Source: Eledone cirrhosa (lineage: Eukaryota). Taken from it: DNA of 64,000 nt. The translations under genes were made by a program, and so were the position numbers. The stretch is taken from assembly GCA_964016885.1 (NCBI GenBank), contig OZ024742.1, positions 239,506,001-239,570,000 of the forward strand, given 5' to 3'. A model generated the notes under the pieces. The model made no database searches. It had not been told where the DNA came from and was given only the letters and a program-made list of their open reading frames with translations. Positions 26,250-40,083 of the stretch are shown in pieces. Each line of letters starts with the position of its first letter. Position 1 is the first letter of the stretch.

Positions 26250-28040
26250 ATAATCCTATCTGTCTCATCTTCAGATATTGGTAAAATTAGCAAAAAAGTA
26301 TTTGACCAACTTAACGAATTCAAGACCCTACTTAACAGCCTCAATAATAATATCCAATCCACAATGGAATATATTCAAGACCAAATGCAATTCCTGGACA
26401 TTCTAATCATAAAAATAAAACAACCATTGAAACTGACATCCACCACAAATCAACAGATTCTAAAGAATACTTGCTCTTCATTGCAATCCATCCCAACACA
26501 CAAAAACAAATATTCCCTTTAATCTAGAGAGAAGAATTTGTGAAACCCAGAATAAAAGACTTCAAAAATTAAAAAAAATTCCATTTGAATGACAGTATTA
26601 ATCATTATTAATAGACACGTCAAAGCAATAGATTTTCAAGAATTACGAAAAATAAAACAAGTTTCAGTTAAGTCCAATATCCTATATCTCAACTCACAAC
26701 ACAAGAAATACAGAAGCATACAACATTATCCATAAGAACATTCCACGATTGAAACAAGACACAAGAATGAAAAAAAGCACTTGAAATACATAAAATAATC
26801 AAAAGCAAAAGACAACCAAAATCCCTTTAAAAACTATTCACTAGCACCAACTTACCCACCACAAATCCAACACCAACAGTCAATAAGTGTGGTCACCCTA
26901 ATTGTGGAACTTGCACTAACGTCATTGAAGGCACATTGTATACATTTAAATCAGGACAAACTCTGTACAAAAATTATTTTACATGTTCATCAAAAAATTT
27001 AATATATGCTATTAAATTTGAAGGATGTAATGAAGATTACATAGGGCAAACCAAACTAGTTCTCAAAAACAGACCAACAATTCATTGTCAACAAGACAGA
27101 TACCACTTAATGGACATTTAGACATATGTGAAACAAATAAGTCCCCGAAATTACAAGTTTTTCCACTTTATATTTATCCAGACCATACCATAGACCAAAC
27201 ACGAATAATTAAAGAAAATATATTTATTCAAAAATACAAACCATGTCTGAATAAACTTTTATGAGAAACATTTGCAAAGAACTATCCACACACACACAAT
27301 AACATGCTTGTTCATTTTTATAATGGAACTATTATAATTACTATTACCACTATTATTACTATCACATGATCCTCTGCACCCGAACGGAGAAGGGGACAAA
27401 TTGCTTCCCCTACACACACACACACACACATACACTCGTACAATTCCTGTTCATTTTGCTGACTGAATGATTATTATTTTATTTATTTATTTATTTTAAT
27501 TATTGTCACATGACCCATCATATCCTGTCATAGCAGGTATCAAAACAAAAAACTATTTATTCACACACACACAAACACATGAATAATTTTCCTATACACT
27601 TCAGAAGATTTGGGAAGGGGTGTGCCACAAACAATCCTATAGACAGACACGACTGCGACTGCTTAACACAATAAAATAGACATGAATTTCTTTTGAAATT
27701 GTCACTTGCCATGTTCACTGAATCATGACACTCCCAACTTTTAGTGCAAAATTTCTAACTCCATGATCATTAATTTTTAGCGCAAAAGTTACACAACTCT
27801 ATACTTAATCATGCGATTTTCCACAACTAATCTAATTGTACTTTAAACAGGTAGCAATCTGAGTTACATTTTTTGCTTAAAACAGAAAGAAATTTCCTAA
27901 AACCTCACATTCGAGACACGTAGCCACACACCTTTCCATTTCACTTAACTTTTGAAAATCATTCAAACGTGAAACCGGTAAAGTTATTATTAATAAATCT
28001 TCTTAAAGACTCCAGTTGTATTTTCGGTTGTGTGTGTTTA
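26250..28040 (+). mobile_element. Penelope-like element, 5'-truncated, decayed
   Basis: QFLDILIIK, KSKRQPK, KCGHPNCGTC, KNLIYAIKFEGCNEDYIGQT. Homologous to 15750-17980; hammerhead relic at 27946-27986. Confidence 0.88.
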
Positions 28041-28075
28041 TAAAAAGGCAAACACAGAAATACAAAACAAATAAT

Positions 28076-28457
28076 TGTTTCTACTTTTGGCACAAGGCCA
28101 ACAATTATCCCAGTGTATTACTGGTACTTTATTTTATCGACCCCTTAAGGATGAAAGGCAAAGTTAACCTCGGCGGGATTTGAACTCAGATCATAAAGGG
28201 CCATAACTCTTTGCTGCAAAGCATGGCGTCCGACCCTCTACCGATACTGCCAATCCATCGCCCTAATAATTGTTTCTACTTTTGGCACAAGGCCAGCAAT
28301 TACCCAGTGTATTACTGGTACTTTATTTTATCGACCGCATAAGGATGAAAGGCAAAGTTAACCTCGGCGGGATTTGAACTCAGAATGGCAAGGGCCATAA
28401 CTCTATGCGTCAAAGCATGGCGTCCGACCCTCTACCGATACTGCCAATTCACTGCCC
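28076..28457 (-). mobile_element. Head-to-tail dimer of SINE family A within one TSD
   Basis: Two full units (~28076-28263 and ~28271-28457); TSD tacaaaacaaataat at 28061-28075 and 28458-28472. Confidence 0.88.
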
Positions 28458-29137
28458 TACAAAACAAATAATGTTATTAGGTTCATGCTTAGATAAATGG
28501 TAGGGAAAAGAGAGTTCGATGTATCAAGCTTTATAACCCTTCATCAGGAAATACAGTTTAAAGAAGAGAAAAAAAATATTGAAAAAATATTGTTAAGACG
28601 ACATGAAACTGAGGAGGACAAGTTCATTTTCAAATGAAAGAAAGTCAGTTAGTCATAATTGTTTCTACTTTAGGCACAAGGCCAGCAATTACCCAGTGCA
28701 TTACCCAGTGTACTTTATTAAGTCAGTTAGTCATAATGGCAACAAAAGGAAAAGCATATATGTGCTGATATGTATGTATAGGATGTATGCATATATTTCT
28801 ATGTGTGTGTGTGAATGTATATATATATATATATATGTGAGTGTGTGTGTGAAGGGACATGTAAATACTTGGTTTGGTGCCAAAGCACATGTTTAGGTCC
28901 CTGGGAGGGAAAGACCCTAGTTCTTGTCAGGACATCTTTCAAGAAGAAAATCTCTGATGGCAGCCAATGATGTTGACCTGTTCTTCTTGGATACCTGTCA
29001 CCGTTGTTCAGAGAGTGGAATTGGTTCAATGCAAGGCCTTTCCTCACTTACAAAAGCTTCAAACACAGGCATCACTTGATCTAAACAATTTTCACACACA
29101 CACATATATGAATATACACATATATATGTGTATATTC

Positions 29138-29169
<32 letters not shown>

Positions 29170-30629
29170 GTGTGTGTACGTACATATATATGTATATGTG
29201 TATGTATGTATACATATGTGTATGTATTTATGTATATATATATATATATACATTGTTTAGCAGCTGCTGTTTACTAAACATCTAGCTTGACTATCATGTA
29301 CATGTGATGTACATCTGATGGCAATATATTTGAGACCCCTTCCCTAGGGAGTTTAGGTATTGAAAATGCAAGGATACTCTCCATTGATAGACGTTTTTCC
29401 ACTTGCGATATTTAAACTACAAGACTTAACTTTTAAATATAGTCATCATTGCCTCCTCAGTTGTGGTAAGGATACTACTAGCACCCTAATGAGGTAATGA
29501 GGTAGTGCTGGTTTGATGATAGAATACATGCAGTCCATTGGCAAAATGGTAGTGTCTGTGCTATGACAAAAAGGACCCAATTTACCCTGTGAACTGGTAG
29601 TACTGGTGTACTGGTGCCATGATAAAAAGCATTCAATTAACCATATGAAGTGGTAGTGCTGGTTTCAGTCTAAGTCTAAAGCCTATCTCAAGTTAGGAGG
29701 CTCGTTAGGCTGGTGCTCATCGTAGTTTCATCGCAGGAAGCAACTGAGAATACAAGACTTCTTCCTGGTTAGGATACCAGTCCACCACAGAGTTAAACAC
29801 CCATCTATTGCTGGTACTCATTTTCAGCTGACTATACTGGAGGAACGTGAAATGAAGTGTTTTTGCTCAAGAACACAACATACAACCCAGCCCAGGAATC
29901 AAACTTATGACATTATGATCGTAAATCCAACACTCTTACCACTAGACCATGTGTTTTCATGGTAATGCTGGTGCCATGACAAAATACACCCAGGCCTCTC
30001 TGCAAAGTGGTAATGCTGGTGCCACAAAAAATTTTATCAGTACACATTGTAAAGCGAAGAGTATCCAGCCGAAGAAACCAAGCCAAAAACAGAATGTATG
30101 AGCAAGACATGGTCACCTGAGCTCACTAGCCTCAGAACATGGTAACCCATCTAATCCATACAATCAAGGAAAATAGGTGTTAAACAGTGGTGATGATGAT
30201 TATGGTAATACATATATATTTATATGCATATATATATTATATATATATATGTGTGTGTGTGTATAAATAACAAAAAAATCATGTAGTTTTCAAACAACAT
30301 TTATTAGATTCCTTTACAATTTCAAGGTTGGTAAATAAAGTACAAGTCCAGGTGTGATCCCCCCCCCCTCATCCCTCTCATCAGAACATAGGATAGAATG
30401 CTTTGCAGTATTTGTTCCAAATCTCTGTGTTCTGAGTTGAAATCCTGTTGAGATCAACTTAGCCCTACATCCTTTCGAGGTTGTTAAATAAAATACCAGC
30501 CCTACACTGGTATTGATTCTCTACTCCCACTCTTTTCTCTCTCTTGTATGTTCTCTTTCTATGGAAAAAATGTGCTGCTGTCTTCATACCTGGAGAGTGT
30601 TATGCTCCACCAGGTTTAAACACCTAACA

Positions 30630-33600
30630 TATAATAATAATAATGAAATTATTGTGTAAAGTGCTCAGGTGCACTACAACTCGTCAAAGGTGTATGTATA
30701 GTACATAGAATAATACACAAATGTCAGGGAAGTACATGTGTGTATGTGTTAGCTATAGTGTTGGCGGATCTCGGGAAGCATGGAGGCCTTAAAGGATGCA
30801 GTGTCTCGACAGCTAACAACTGATGCAGGTAGTTTGTTCCATGCTTCAGCAACTCATGTGTGTATTTGGTTTAGAATAGGTATACCATATCTGAGCGTGA
30901 AAAAATGTTTCCGAAAGTCATGGGAACTGTGCTGTTTTCTTACTTTGTGGGCATGTCCACGTGTGTTAGACACATGGAAATCGAAAAGGTACTCAGGGTT
31001 GTTGTTGGCAACATGGTTAACAATTTTGTGGGTGTTTACCAAGTCAGTTGCCAGGCGTATGAGCTTCAATGAATCCATGCCCAGGGAAGCAAGGCGCTCA
31101 GAGTATGGTAGATGCCTGATGGAGGGTATTCGCTTGGTTGCACGTCTCTGAACAGTTTCCAAGCGGTCTCTTCTGAGCAAGATAGGGGTTCCAGACTGGT
31201 GATGCAAATTCTAAGTGTAGTCGCACCATAGCTGTATACAGCCTTAAATAGATATCTGGAGAGCGGCTGACAAAGGTCTTGCTGAGTGATGCTAAGACAC
31301 CCTCGGCCCTCTTGACAATTTTATAGACGTGCCTCGTCCAACGCAAATCGCTGCTGACCGTAATGCCCAGGTAACGTTCACAGGAAGACTTCTTGATATT
31401 AGTGCTGTGGAGGGAGTATGTGGACGCTGGGTTTTTACTCCCAAAATGCATGGTGGTGCACTTGTCCACAGCTAGCTTGAGTTGCCAGTCTGAGATCCAT
31501 TGTTGCATTGTGTCCAGGTCAGACTGCAAGCAAGATCTATAGTGTTCAGGATGTGTCCTTTTTATCTCAAGGTACAGCTTGATGTCGTCTGCGTACTTTA
31601 GTACTGTGGCATTCCTTAAGTTGGCATCTATGTCATTAATATATGCCACAAACAAAAGGGGGCCAAGAACAGATCCCTGTGGTACACCAGATGACATCTC
31701 ATATGGTGAGGAATGCTGTCCCAGAACCGTGACTACCTCTCTTCGGCTGAGAATGAAGGACTTCGACCAGTTAAAAAGATCATCCTTCACACCCATTGCA
31801 GAGAGTTTTGCCATAAGCCTTTTGTGTGGCACAGAATTGAAGGCCTTCGTAAAGTCAAGGTAAACAACATCCACCCATGAGCCGCCATCAGTGATCCGGG
31901 TGATGTCCTCAAGAAACTCTATAAGTTGATCACAGCAGCTGGAGTTGGGGATAAATCCAAATTGTGAGGGCCGGATAAGACTGTGAGAGCTCCAGAAGTT
32001 CCAAAGTGTTTCTCTGACACAGGATTCCATCAGTTTGGCGATGCAACTAGTAAGACTGACTGGACGATAGTTCACAGGTGATGTGCGGTCACCCTTTTTG
32101 AACAGAGGAATAACACTGGCAGTTTTCCACTGTTCTGGAGTAGCACTGTTGTTCAGACAGAATTGGAAGAAGCGTGATAACTGGTGTAGAAGGAAGTACC
32201 CACCACGTTTAAGAAGCAGGTACGTAACACCATCAAGACCAGGAGAGGCATGGTTGCGTATATTTTTTAGGTGACGTCGCAGCATTGCAGGTGTAAATTC
32301 CATGGTTGTAATAGAGTCCGGTGTCATAGGTGGTGGAGATGGTACACTCTGGTCTTCAATAGTGAAAATGCCTGCATAGCATTCAGCAATGAGCTCTGCG
32401 CATTCCTTGGGGTTGTCAGTAACCTGGCTTGTGTGGGGATTGCGAAGAGGACCAACTGGAGGGTGAGGCCTCTGCTTTGAGTGAACATACTTCCAGAACA
32501 CCTTACTGTCAGGGCTGGTTGCTATGCGCTGCTCAAATTGAAGCACTGCCTTTTTTGTCACCTGTTTGAGGTGGTTGGACGATCCATTTCGCCTCTTCCT
32601 ATTAATGTCTGATTTGTGAAGTTTGTACTCACGTTCAGCATTGCGTCATTCTTTTCTGGCAAGACGGACTGCTGCAGTCTCCCAAATTGCGCTTTTGGGA
32701 TGTTTTTTCCGCTTACGTGGCACCGATGCTGCACATGCTGTCCATATTGAGCTCAGGATGTTCTGGAGTACAGTGTTGACATCTCCAGAGTCGTAGAACT
32801 CAAGCCAGTTTGGCCGTTGCAACTCGGTGCAGTAACAGTTCCAGTCTGATTTATTCCAGTCAAAGTGAACAGTTTGGAGATGGTTGTGGTTCTTGTTACT
32901 GCCCATGAGGGATAGATTGGCAATGATCATAGCATGATCAGAGTCACCTAAAGGTTCCTCAGCAGTAACACTAATGACCGTTTCAGGAGTAGTGGTGAAG
33001 AGTAGGTTCAAAGTGTTGTCACCTCTCGTTGGGGAGGTGACCACCTGGGACCAACTCGAGTCCAGCACTAGCTCAAGGAAGTCATTTGCACTTGGCAGCC
33101 AACGAAAGGTTTCCCAGTCAATCTCAGGGTGATTGAAGTCACCTGCAATGAAAACATAAGTGGCTGTCTTCCTGGCAGCAGCTCTGAGGATATCACAAAG
33201 TTGAGTGTCCTGATGGTAATTTGGGGGACGGTAAACGACTCCAAGTAGCAGTGTTGACATGGTCATACGTATATCGCAGAAAAAAACTTCCTGCTGTGAT
33301 TGGTTCAAATCAGCACAAGGAATTGCCAACAGATTTGACCGAACGTAGACCATTACACCACCACGACGATTAATGCGGTCTTTACGAAACAGGTTGTAGC
33401 CAGTCATGCTGAAAACCCCATCACAGAGTAAGGGATGTGCCCAAGTTTCCGTGACTGTAATGCAGTCAGGGTTGATACTTTTGACGTAGGAGTCAAAAAG
33501 ATGAATCTTATTGCATAGACTACGTGCATTCAAGGACAACAATTTGTACCTTGATTCCAGTCTATGATTATGTGCAGGGGATGGCAGGTTGTTCTGATTT

Positions 33601-34950
33601 AATTTCCCAGAGTTTTTTCAGTTTCTTTATTGTCAGTTGTTGTGGGTACAGTGTTTTCAGACCAGCTGGTGTCTCTTTTCCATGATTCGCCAGCCTTAAC
33701 AAACTTCCATATCTGCCCATCATCTCATAGGCTGAAGCTTTCATGTTCTGCCGAGCTGCGGTTTAAGGAAGCTGCAGCACGCAAATTTGGGCGGACATCA
33801 GTGGAAGACCAGGGCGTGTTCGGAAAGCAATCCGACTTTCACGGCTAGCTTTATCAGAAACTACAAGATATGAACGTGCCTCAGTTGAGTTTGAAAACGA
33901 CAGTCTAATTAACCTGGGTTTCGGGCCTGGTCGGCCAAGGCGTAGAGCACCCTTTGTGGGAGCACAGCCCAGGTCTTTGGATAAACTGGCAGCAAATGCC
34001 TGAAGATCAACTATGTCTTCCGGCACACCAATGGCAATCACTTCGTGGTTTGCAGATTCGGTGGCATTCTCAATGCGTCTAGGTTCAACATGAGGCACGC
34101 GGAGATTTTTTAACAAGGCACTCCGGTAAGATCCCTCATTGTGGGGTTCTACACGAATGCTTGATTTTATTTCCGCTATTTCTTGGCTTAAAGCGGAAAT
34201 CATTTGCCTTATTTCCTCAAACTCCGTATTGACGGTCGGTTTTTGTTGTTCTTCTCCTTCAACAGGCATGGTAGGAGAAGACACAGTCGTCGGTTGTTGT
34301 TGTTGAAAAGTAACGGGGGAGGAAGACATGGGTTGCTGTTGTTGATGAAGTCCTTCAACGGGGGTAGTAGCAGAAGCTACGGTCGTTGGTTTTTGCTGTT
34401 GTTCAGGAACAATGGTAGAGGAAGACACGATCCTCGGTTTTTGTTGTTGTTGTTCGGGAACAATGGTAGAAGACACGATCTTCGGTCTTTGTTGTTGTTG
34501 TTATTCCGCAGCAATGGGAGAAGCCAGCATACAGTCCAGGCACTGAAAGGACCAGTTTGTTAGCTGGACCATCTCCCAGAGTCTATCCATCGTAGCAATA
34601 TGATGTTTCTCGTTTTGGCCTGGGATCTTCCGGAAGCCTGTGGGGCATTGAAGGCAGACAGAGATGCGACAGGTTCCACATTCGACCCAGCGATTACGGA
34701 ACGAGTTTTCGGGTTCCGTACAGATATGGCAGGTGTGATCTTCTGGGCAATGTTCTATTTTGGAACATCGACCAGTTTTGTCGCATGCTTCATCCATGGA
34801 TATCACCATGGCAATTTTGTTATTTCTACCCATCCATAGAAAAACACAGAATGTAAACAATATAGGTTTAGCGCACTTGATTACGATAGAAATAAAATGT
34901 CTGTTTTTTTTTGTTTTGTTTTTTGTGTATTTTGTTTCCGTTTTCCTAAA
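30630..34950 (-). mobile_element. Near full-length CR1-group LINE (ORF1 PHD finger; ORF2 APE + RT), few disablements
   Basis: ORF1 has CHIC..WVECGTC..CLQC..FQCLDC. ORF2 has SLNARSL, VTETW, GDFNHP, SDH, NYRPVSLT, DFTKAF, GVPQGSVLGP, YADD. (TTA)n tail. Confidence 0.93.
31098..33542 (-). pseudogene. CR1 ORF2 endonuclease/reverse transcriptase, frameshifted
   Basis: ORFs 32646-33542 (APE) and 31098-32561 (RT). Confidence 0.9.
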
Positions 34951-36354
34951 TGTTGTGTGTATACAGAAGAGTCTGTGCATGTAAACAAATAAATATGCTG
35001 CGTAAATTAAATGAAACGTACTGTAGAAGGCAACAGTTTATTAACAGCGAAATAACGTTTTTTTTTCCCTGATACTGCTTCTTTATAATAAACTTTCAAT
35101 AATATTTTTTTTCAAATTATTAACTTTCAGCTGCTAGTATATATATATAATTAAAAGGTATATGTGGGTTAGAAGCGAAGTTAATGTTCAGAAATATTTT
35201 ACCAATGTACGTAAGATATACAATATGTCAAGATAGCACCTTTATGACACCATGAGGAGTTCAGGGCTGATGAGATTGATATTTATATTTATTTGGTTTT
35301 GCTGTCAATTTAAACCCCATAGACCACCAGGCTTTTCAGAAGCTTACCTCTACCTGCTGAGCAATAATATCAAATTCTCTAAAATTCCATCATATTCTCT
35401 TACGAAGCATTGGTTGATCCAGAGCTACATTGAAAGACACTTGCCTAAGGTGCCATGCAGTGGGACTAAATCTGAAACTACTTGGTTCCAAAGCAAATTG
35501 TTTTAACCACACACACATACACAACCACACACACAACACACACATACATATTGAATAAAAATGTCACTTCACTATGAGTATTACAGTTTCAGCTCTTTAT
35601 GCTTTGAGTTCAAATCCCACTGAGGTCATCTTTGCTTTTCATCCTTCTGTGGTTGATATAATCGACTTTCCCCTTCCACCAAAATTGCTGGCCTTGTGCC
35701 AATAACAGAAAAATGATTAACAACAATAAACTTTACAGTATTGATTCTGGGTTGATAAAATAAAGTATTGATCAACTTTCCCCTTAAAATTGCTGGCTTT
35801 GTACTTAAATTAGAAACCAATATGAATAATATCAACCCTTTCTTCCAATCATTTTCAACAATTGTACCAGTTTTTAAATTTTGACCAGCATAAACTTGTT
35901 ACAATTCCCTTTAACTTACATTCATCAAGCTAAGGATGGAGCCCATACATGGTCATTCAACCTGCAAGAAACAACAGCCAAATCTTTAAAATCGAAATCA
36001 TATTAGCTTAAAAAGGAAATGCAACATAGTATGATGTGGCACTTGATAGATTATGTCTGAAAGAAAATGGGATGATCAAGGCTGGAATAGCTTTTCTTGT
36101 GGGTCAGGTCTATTCAACTCTTCTTCAAGTGAATATTTCTCTGTAATTGAATGAAATCAGATTGTAATCACGGATCTTGGGAAATCCACGAGATAACAGA
36201 ACGTGTGATCTTCCCATGAGCCATGATTACCATCAGCATCACTCTCCAGCACCACTCTCCATCATTACTCTTCAGTATCACTTCCCTCTTGTCTATGATC
36301 ACTAAAAATAAAAGAAACATTTACTGGTGGAGTATCACTGAGAGAGAAAGACAA

Positions 36355-36800
36355 ACAATGATGGGAATAGATTCAGTGATGAATGTTGGGAAGAGAAATG
36401 GACTGAGAAAAGATGAAAGTGACTGGGTGAGAGGAATAGAGCCAGTGATGAATGTTGTGAAGAGAAATGGACTGAGATGGTTGGGTCATGTGCTGAGAAA
36501 AGATGAAAGTGACTCGGTGAGAGGAATAGAGCCAGTGATGAATGTTGTGAAGAGAAATGGACTGAGATGGTTGGGTCATGTGCTGAGAAAAGATGAAAGT
36601 GACCGAGTAAGAAGAGTGATGAGAAAGAGCCAGTGATGAATGTTGGGAAGAAAGAAATGGAATGAGATGGTTGGATTATGTGTTAAGGAAGGATGAAAGT
36701 GACCGAGTGAGAGGAGTGATGAGAATAAAGGTGGAAGGAAAAAGAGGAAGGGGAAGACCAAGAAAATCATGGCTAAGGATAAGGGAGGAGGAAAAGAAAG
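36355..36800 (+). mobile_element. RTE-like 3' fragment with 90-bp tandem duplications
   Basis: Repeated IEPVMNVVKRNGLRWLGHVLRKDESD, then GKRGRGRPRKSW. Confidence 0.85.
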
Positions 36801-38083
36801 CCAGGCAGTTAGTTTTTTGGGGCCTTTGGATCACATCCCTACTCAGTGCTATTGGAGCAAACCACGCAAATTGGAATGACACTTTGAACGTATCTCCCTC
36901 ATCGTCCTTTGGGGAAACATTTTCTCCATTTTGTCTGCTGGGAGCACAAGGCAGCCTGCACAAGGGCTACCATACACCAAAGAATGCCCCCACTCTGTCC
37001 AGGCCTGCATCACTGGGGGCAACAATGCTGAGTCTGTCAACTATAAAATTAAATGAAAATATTGAAGCACTTATTTAATTGCCATAACCAGGGTTATGCA
37101 TTGTAGATAGTTGGTGGGGTGGGGGATGCAAACAATAGGGAAAATGGAGAAGCTTGTCAAGGGGCCTACAATGCTAATCCCTCCTTTAGCAGGGAAGATG
37201 CCCATGAGACGTTTTTTATTGTGTTACTGGTGGTAGATAAGCAGCTAAGATATTAATGATGGGTAACCATCAGTTATATCACAAGAATGCAATGTTGAAT
37301 TAGACATTATCCACAACAAGGACAATTTTAAAAATAATTTTGAGAAAAAGTTTTGATGAAAATATTTGCAAAAATATTGAGATCAATTTTTTATAATATT
37401 TTGAGGAAAATCTTTGGTGAAGCTTCTTGGAAAATTTTCGATGAAATATGGAAAAATTTTTTAGAAACTATCTTTTGTGCTGGTGATGTAATAGAATGTA
37501 CTCAATCCATGATGTGAAGTGGTAGGTTATAAGATGGGCATCAGCCTTTAAAAGCATGCCAAATAATAAAGATTAGATGCTATCTTCGTTGTGTTGTATG
37601 TGTAATGTGTGTGTGTGTGTGTGTGTGAATGTGTGTGTGTGTGCCAAATGACGAAGGCTCCTACAGGTATTGAAACTCCTCCAACCAATGCCAGCATCGA
37701 AAAACAAATGTTAAATGGTGATAATGCTCTAATAATTAAACAAATTTAATAATTACCTTTTCATATTTCATATGGTCAAAAAGAAATTCAATAACCTGGT
37801 TATGTAAAACTTTTATGAGCATTTTTCCTGTCTATCCTTTGTTTTGTTATCGTCTCCCATGCATCACACCAACAGGGCAGGTTACATTCTGTTGTGCAAT
37901 CTGTCATTACAAGTGCAATATCACATTAATGTACAAAACTGCACCGTCATCAAGGTGGCTAATGAGTTATTTTGAAGAAAACAAAATGTGCTTCCCCTTT
38001 CTCTTTTCCCATGTCCATGATATACTTAGTCTTTGCAAGAAATTATCACATATTTAATTTGATTGTACTAATTTATATAATAT

Positions 38084-38360
38084 TACGGTCCTTTAAGGTT
38101 CAGTAATGCACCTCTCAGAGGTTTGTACTCTAGGCAAAAGTCTAGTTAGTCTTAATGGTAGCAACATTCCTGTATAAAACTATGATCCTTTAAGGTTCAG
38201 TAATGCACCTCTTCGAGGTCTGCACATGAGATGAGTACTTTGTTGGCCTTAATGGGAGCATCAGCCCCGTATAAAACTATGATCCTTTAATGTTGAGTAA
38301 TGTGATTCTCTGAGATCTGCACCCTAGGTAACTGCCTAACTGGACTTAATGGTGGGTACA
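38084..38360. repeat. ~97-bp imperfect tandem repeat, about 3 copies
   Basis: tcctttaa(g/t)gtt(c/g)agtaatg at 38089, 38186 and 38283; related pieces near 38700 and 39095. Confidence 0.75.
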
Positions 38361-39683
38361 GTTCTTCTTGTACCAAGTGCAAAGAATATATTTAAATTTT
38401 TATTTTTTACACTAAGCCATGTTTAAAATGCCAAACACACACTGCTGTGTGTTAAGAAAACACATTTATGACTCCATTAGAAGTTAAGGGACCTTTCCTT
38501 TATATCTTTTTACTTTTTACATTAAGCCAGATGAAGTCCACCTGTGGCACTCGGAAAATATGTGACTCTTTGTGAAGTTTTCTATGGTACAAGTAATGCA
38601 TTGATTACATAAACATAACATAGGTTTTTTCTAAAACAAAGTTTAAGAGGTTTGGGCAATTCCCTGAGTTATCAGCAGTTTAGTGAAGGTGTGTACTGAT
38701 ATAAAATTGTGATCCTTTATGGTTTGCCAGTGCATCACTGAAGGTGGCAAATTGGTAGTGTCATGCTTCATTACTTGCTCTAACTCAATGTACACTGAGT
38801 TCAAATCCTACCTTGGTCAACTTTGCTTTTTATTCTTTCAAGGTCAATAAATAGAGTACCAGTCCAGTACTGGGAGTCGATCCTTCCTCAATCTCTCTTT
38901 CTATCTTTCTCTGAATGAAATCAGCAGGTGTAAATGACACTACGACTCCATTGGGATTTAAAGGTCCATAGCATAGCATATTCAACAGCATAATGAGCTT
39001 AGCCATGTTTAAAATGCCTAAGACACACCAGTGTGTTAGGATGACACTTATGACTCCATTGTGAGTTAAGCGACCATTTATTTTTATTTCCTAATGCACC
39101 CCTCTAAGATCTGCTTTTTAGATGGCTGCCAAGTTGGCCTGATGGTAGTGTTGTCCCCATGTATGCCTGGTGTTTTTGGAAATCAAAGAGAAGGAGTTTG
39201 CTTAAGAATGTGAAATCTAAGAAAGTTTCTGGTGTCCATTTAAACTTGAACTGCTCATGATAGAAGTTGATATAGCCCCTAGATGGGACAACATGTAAAC
39301 CTATTTACTTTCTGCCTGCATATCACAGGGATGGCAACTGCTGTTCATTCAATGGTTGTGGTCAAACAGGTTTTCTCTTCTGCAAAATGAAGAAAATAAA
39401 TAAATAAATGGGGGAAAAATGAAGACATTGTGTGTTTATAGAGATGGAGAGAGAGAGTGAGAGAAAAGGAGTAAGAGATAAAGGGGGAAGAAAGAAGAAA
39501 ACCGAGAAAAGAAAAAGAAAGAGTGGAAGATGTGAAACTATACACACATGTATATATATATTTGTATACACACTGACATACATAAATGTTTGTAAATGGT
39601 AAACAATGATACATCATCATGATGCTGAATAATGTATGTATATATATATATATATTCATTTTATTAAGGCTAAATAATGAGTC

Positions 39684-39729
39684 TTGTTACTCTGGAGTTT
39701 CACCTGTTTATCTTAGGGTCATCAGACAA
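39684..39729 (-). ncRNA. Type I hammerhead ribozyme motif
   Basis: ttgt-CTGATGA-ccct..aggt-GAAAC-tc-ca-ga-GTA-acaa; stems I, II and III all pair. Confidence 0.8.
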
Positions 39730-39991
39730 TAAGCCTGTGACAAACAGAATAACAAGACTTACTATTTAGCCTTAATAAAATGAATATTAAAGCTCTATTT
39801 CGGTATTGAGTACACTTTTCTCTCAGGCTTCAACCACATATGGATATATATATATATACATATATGTAGGAGGTGAGTTTTATTGTAGTACAATAAAGCA
39901 ATGCACATATCGGATAAGAAGCACTCTACAGTTTGTAGGACTGGAGTATACATAATATATAAGATCAAAAGATGGTTAAAGGAGTTCCAAG

Positions 39992-40062
39992 TATTTTATT
40001 ATGCGCATTTCAAAAACAAACATCATCATGCAATAATATTTGTGTTTTCATCAGATAAAACA
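39992..40062 (-). ncRNA. Type I hammerhead ribozyme motif (left arm of palindrome)
   Basis: Reverse complement of 40084-40154. Confidence 0.8.
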
Positions 40063-40083
40063 GGAGAACATATCATGTTCTCC

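Noticed and set aside
25239-26284. VR-rich and LT-rich ORFs
   Set aside because: Translations of the TTAGGG array
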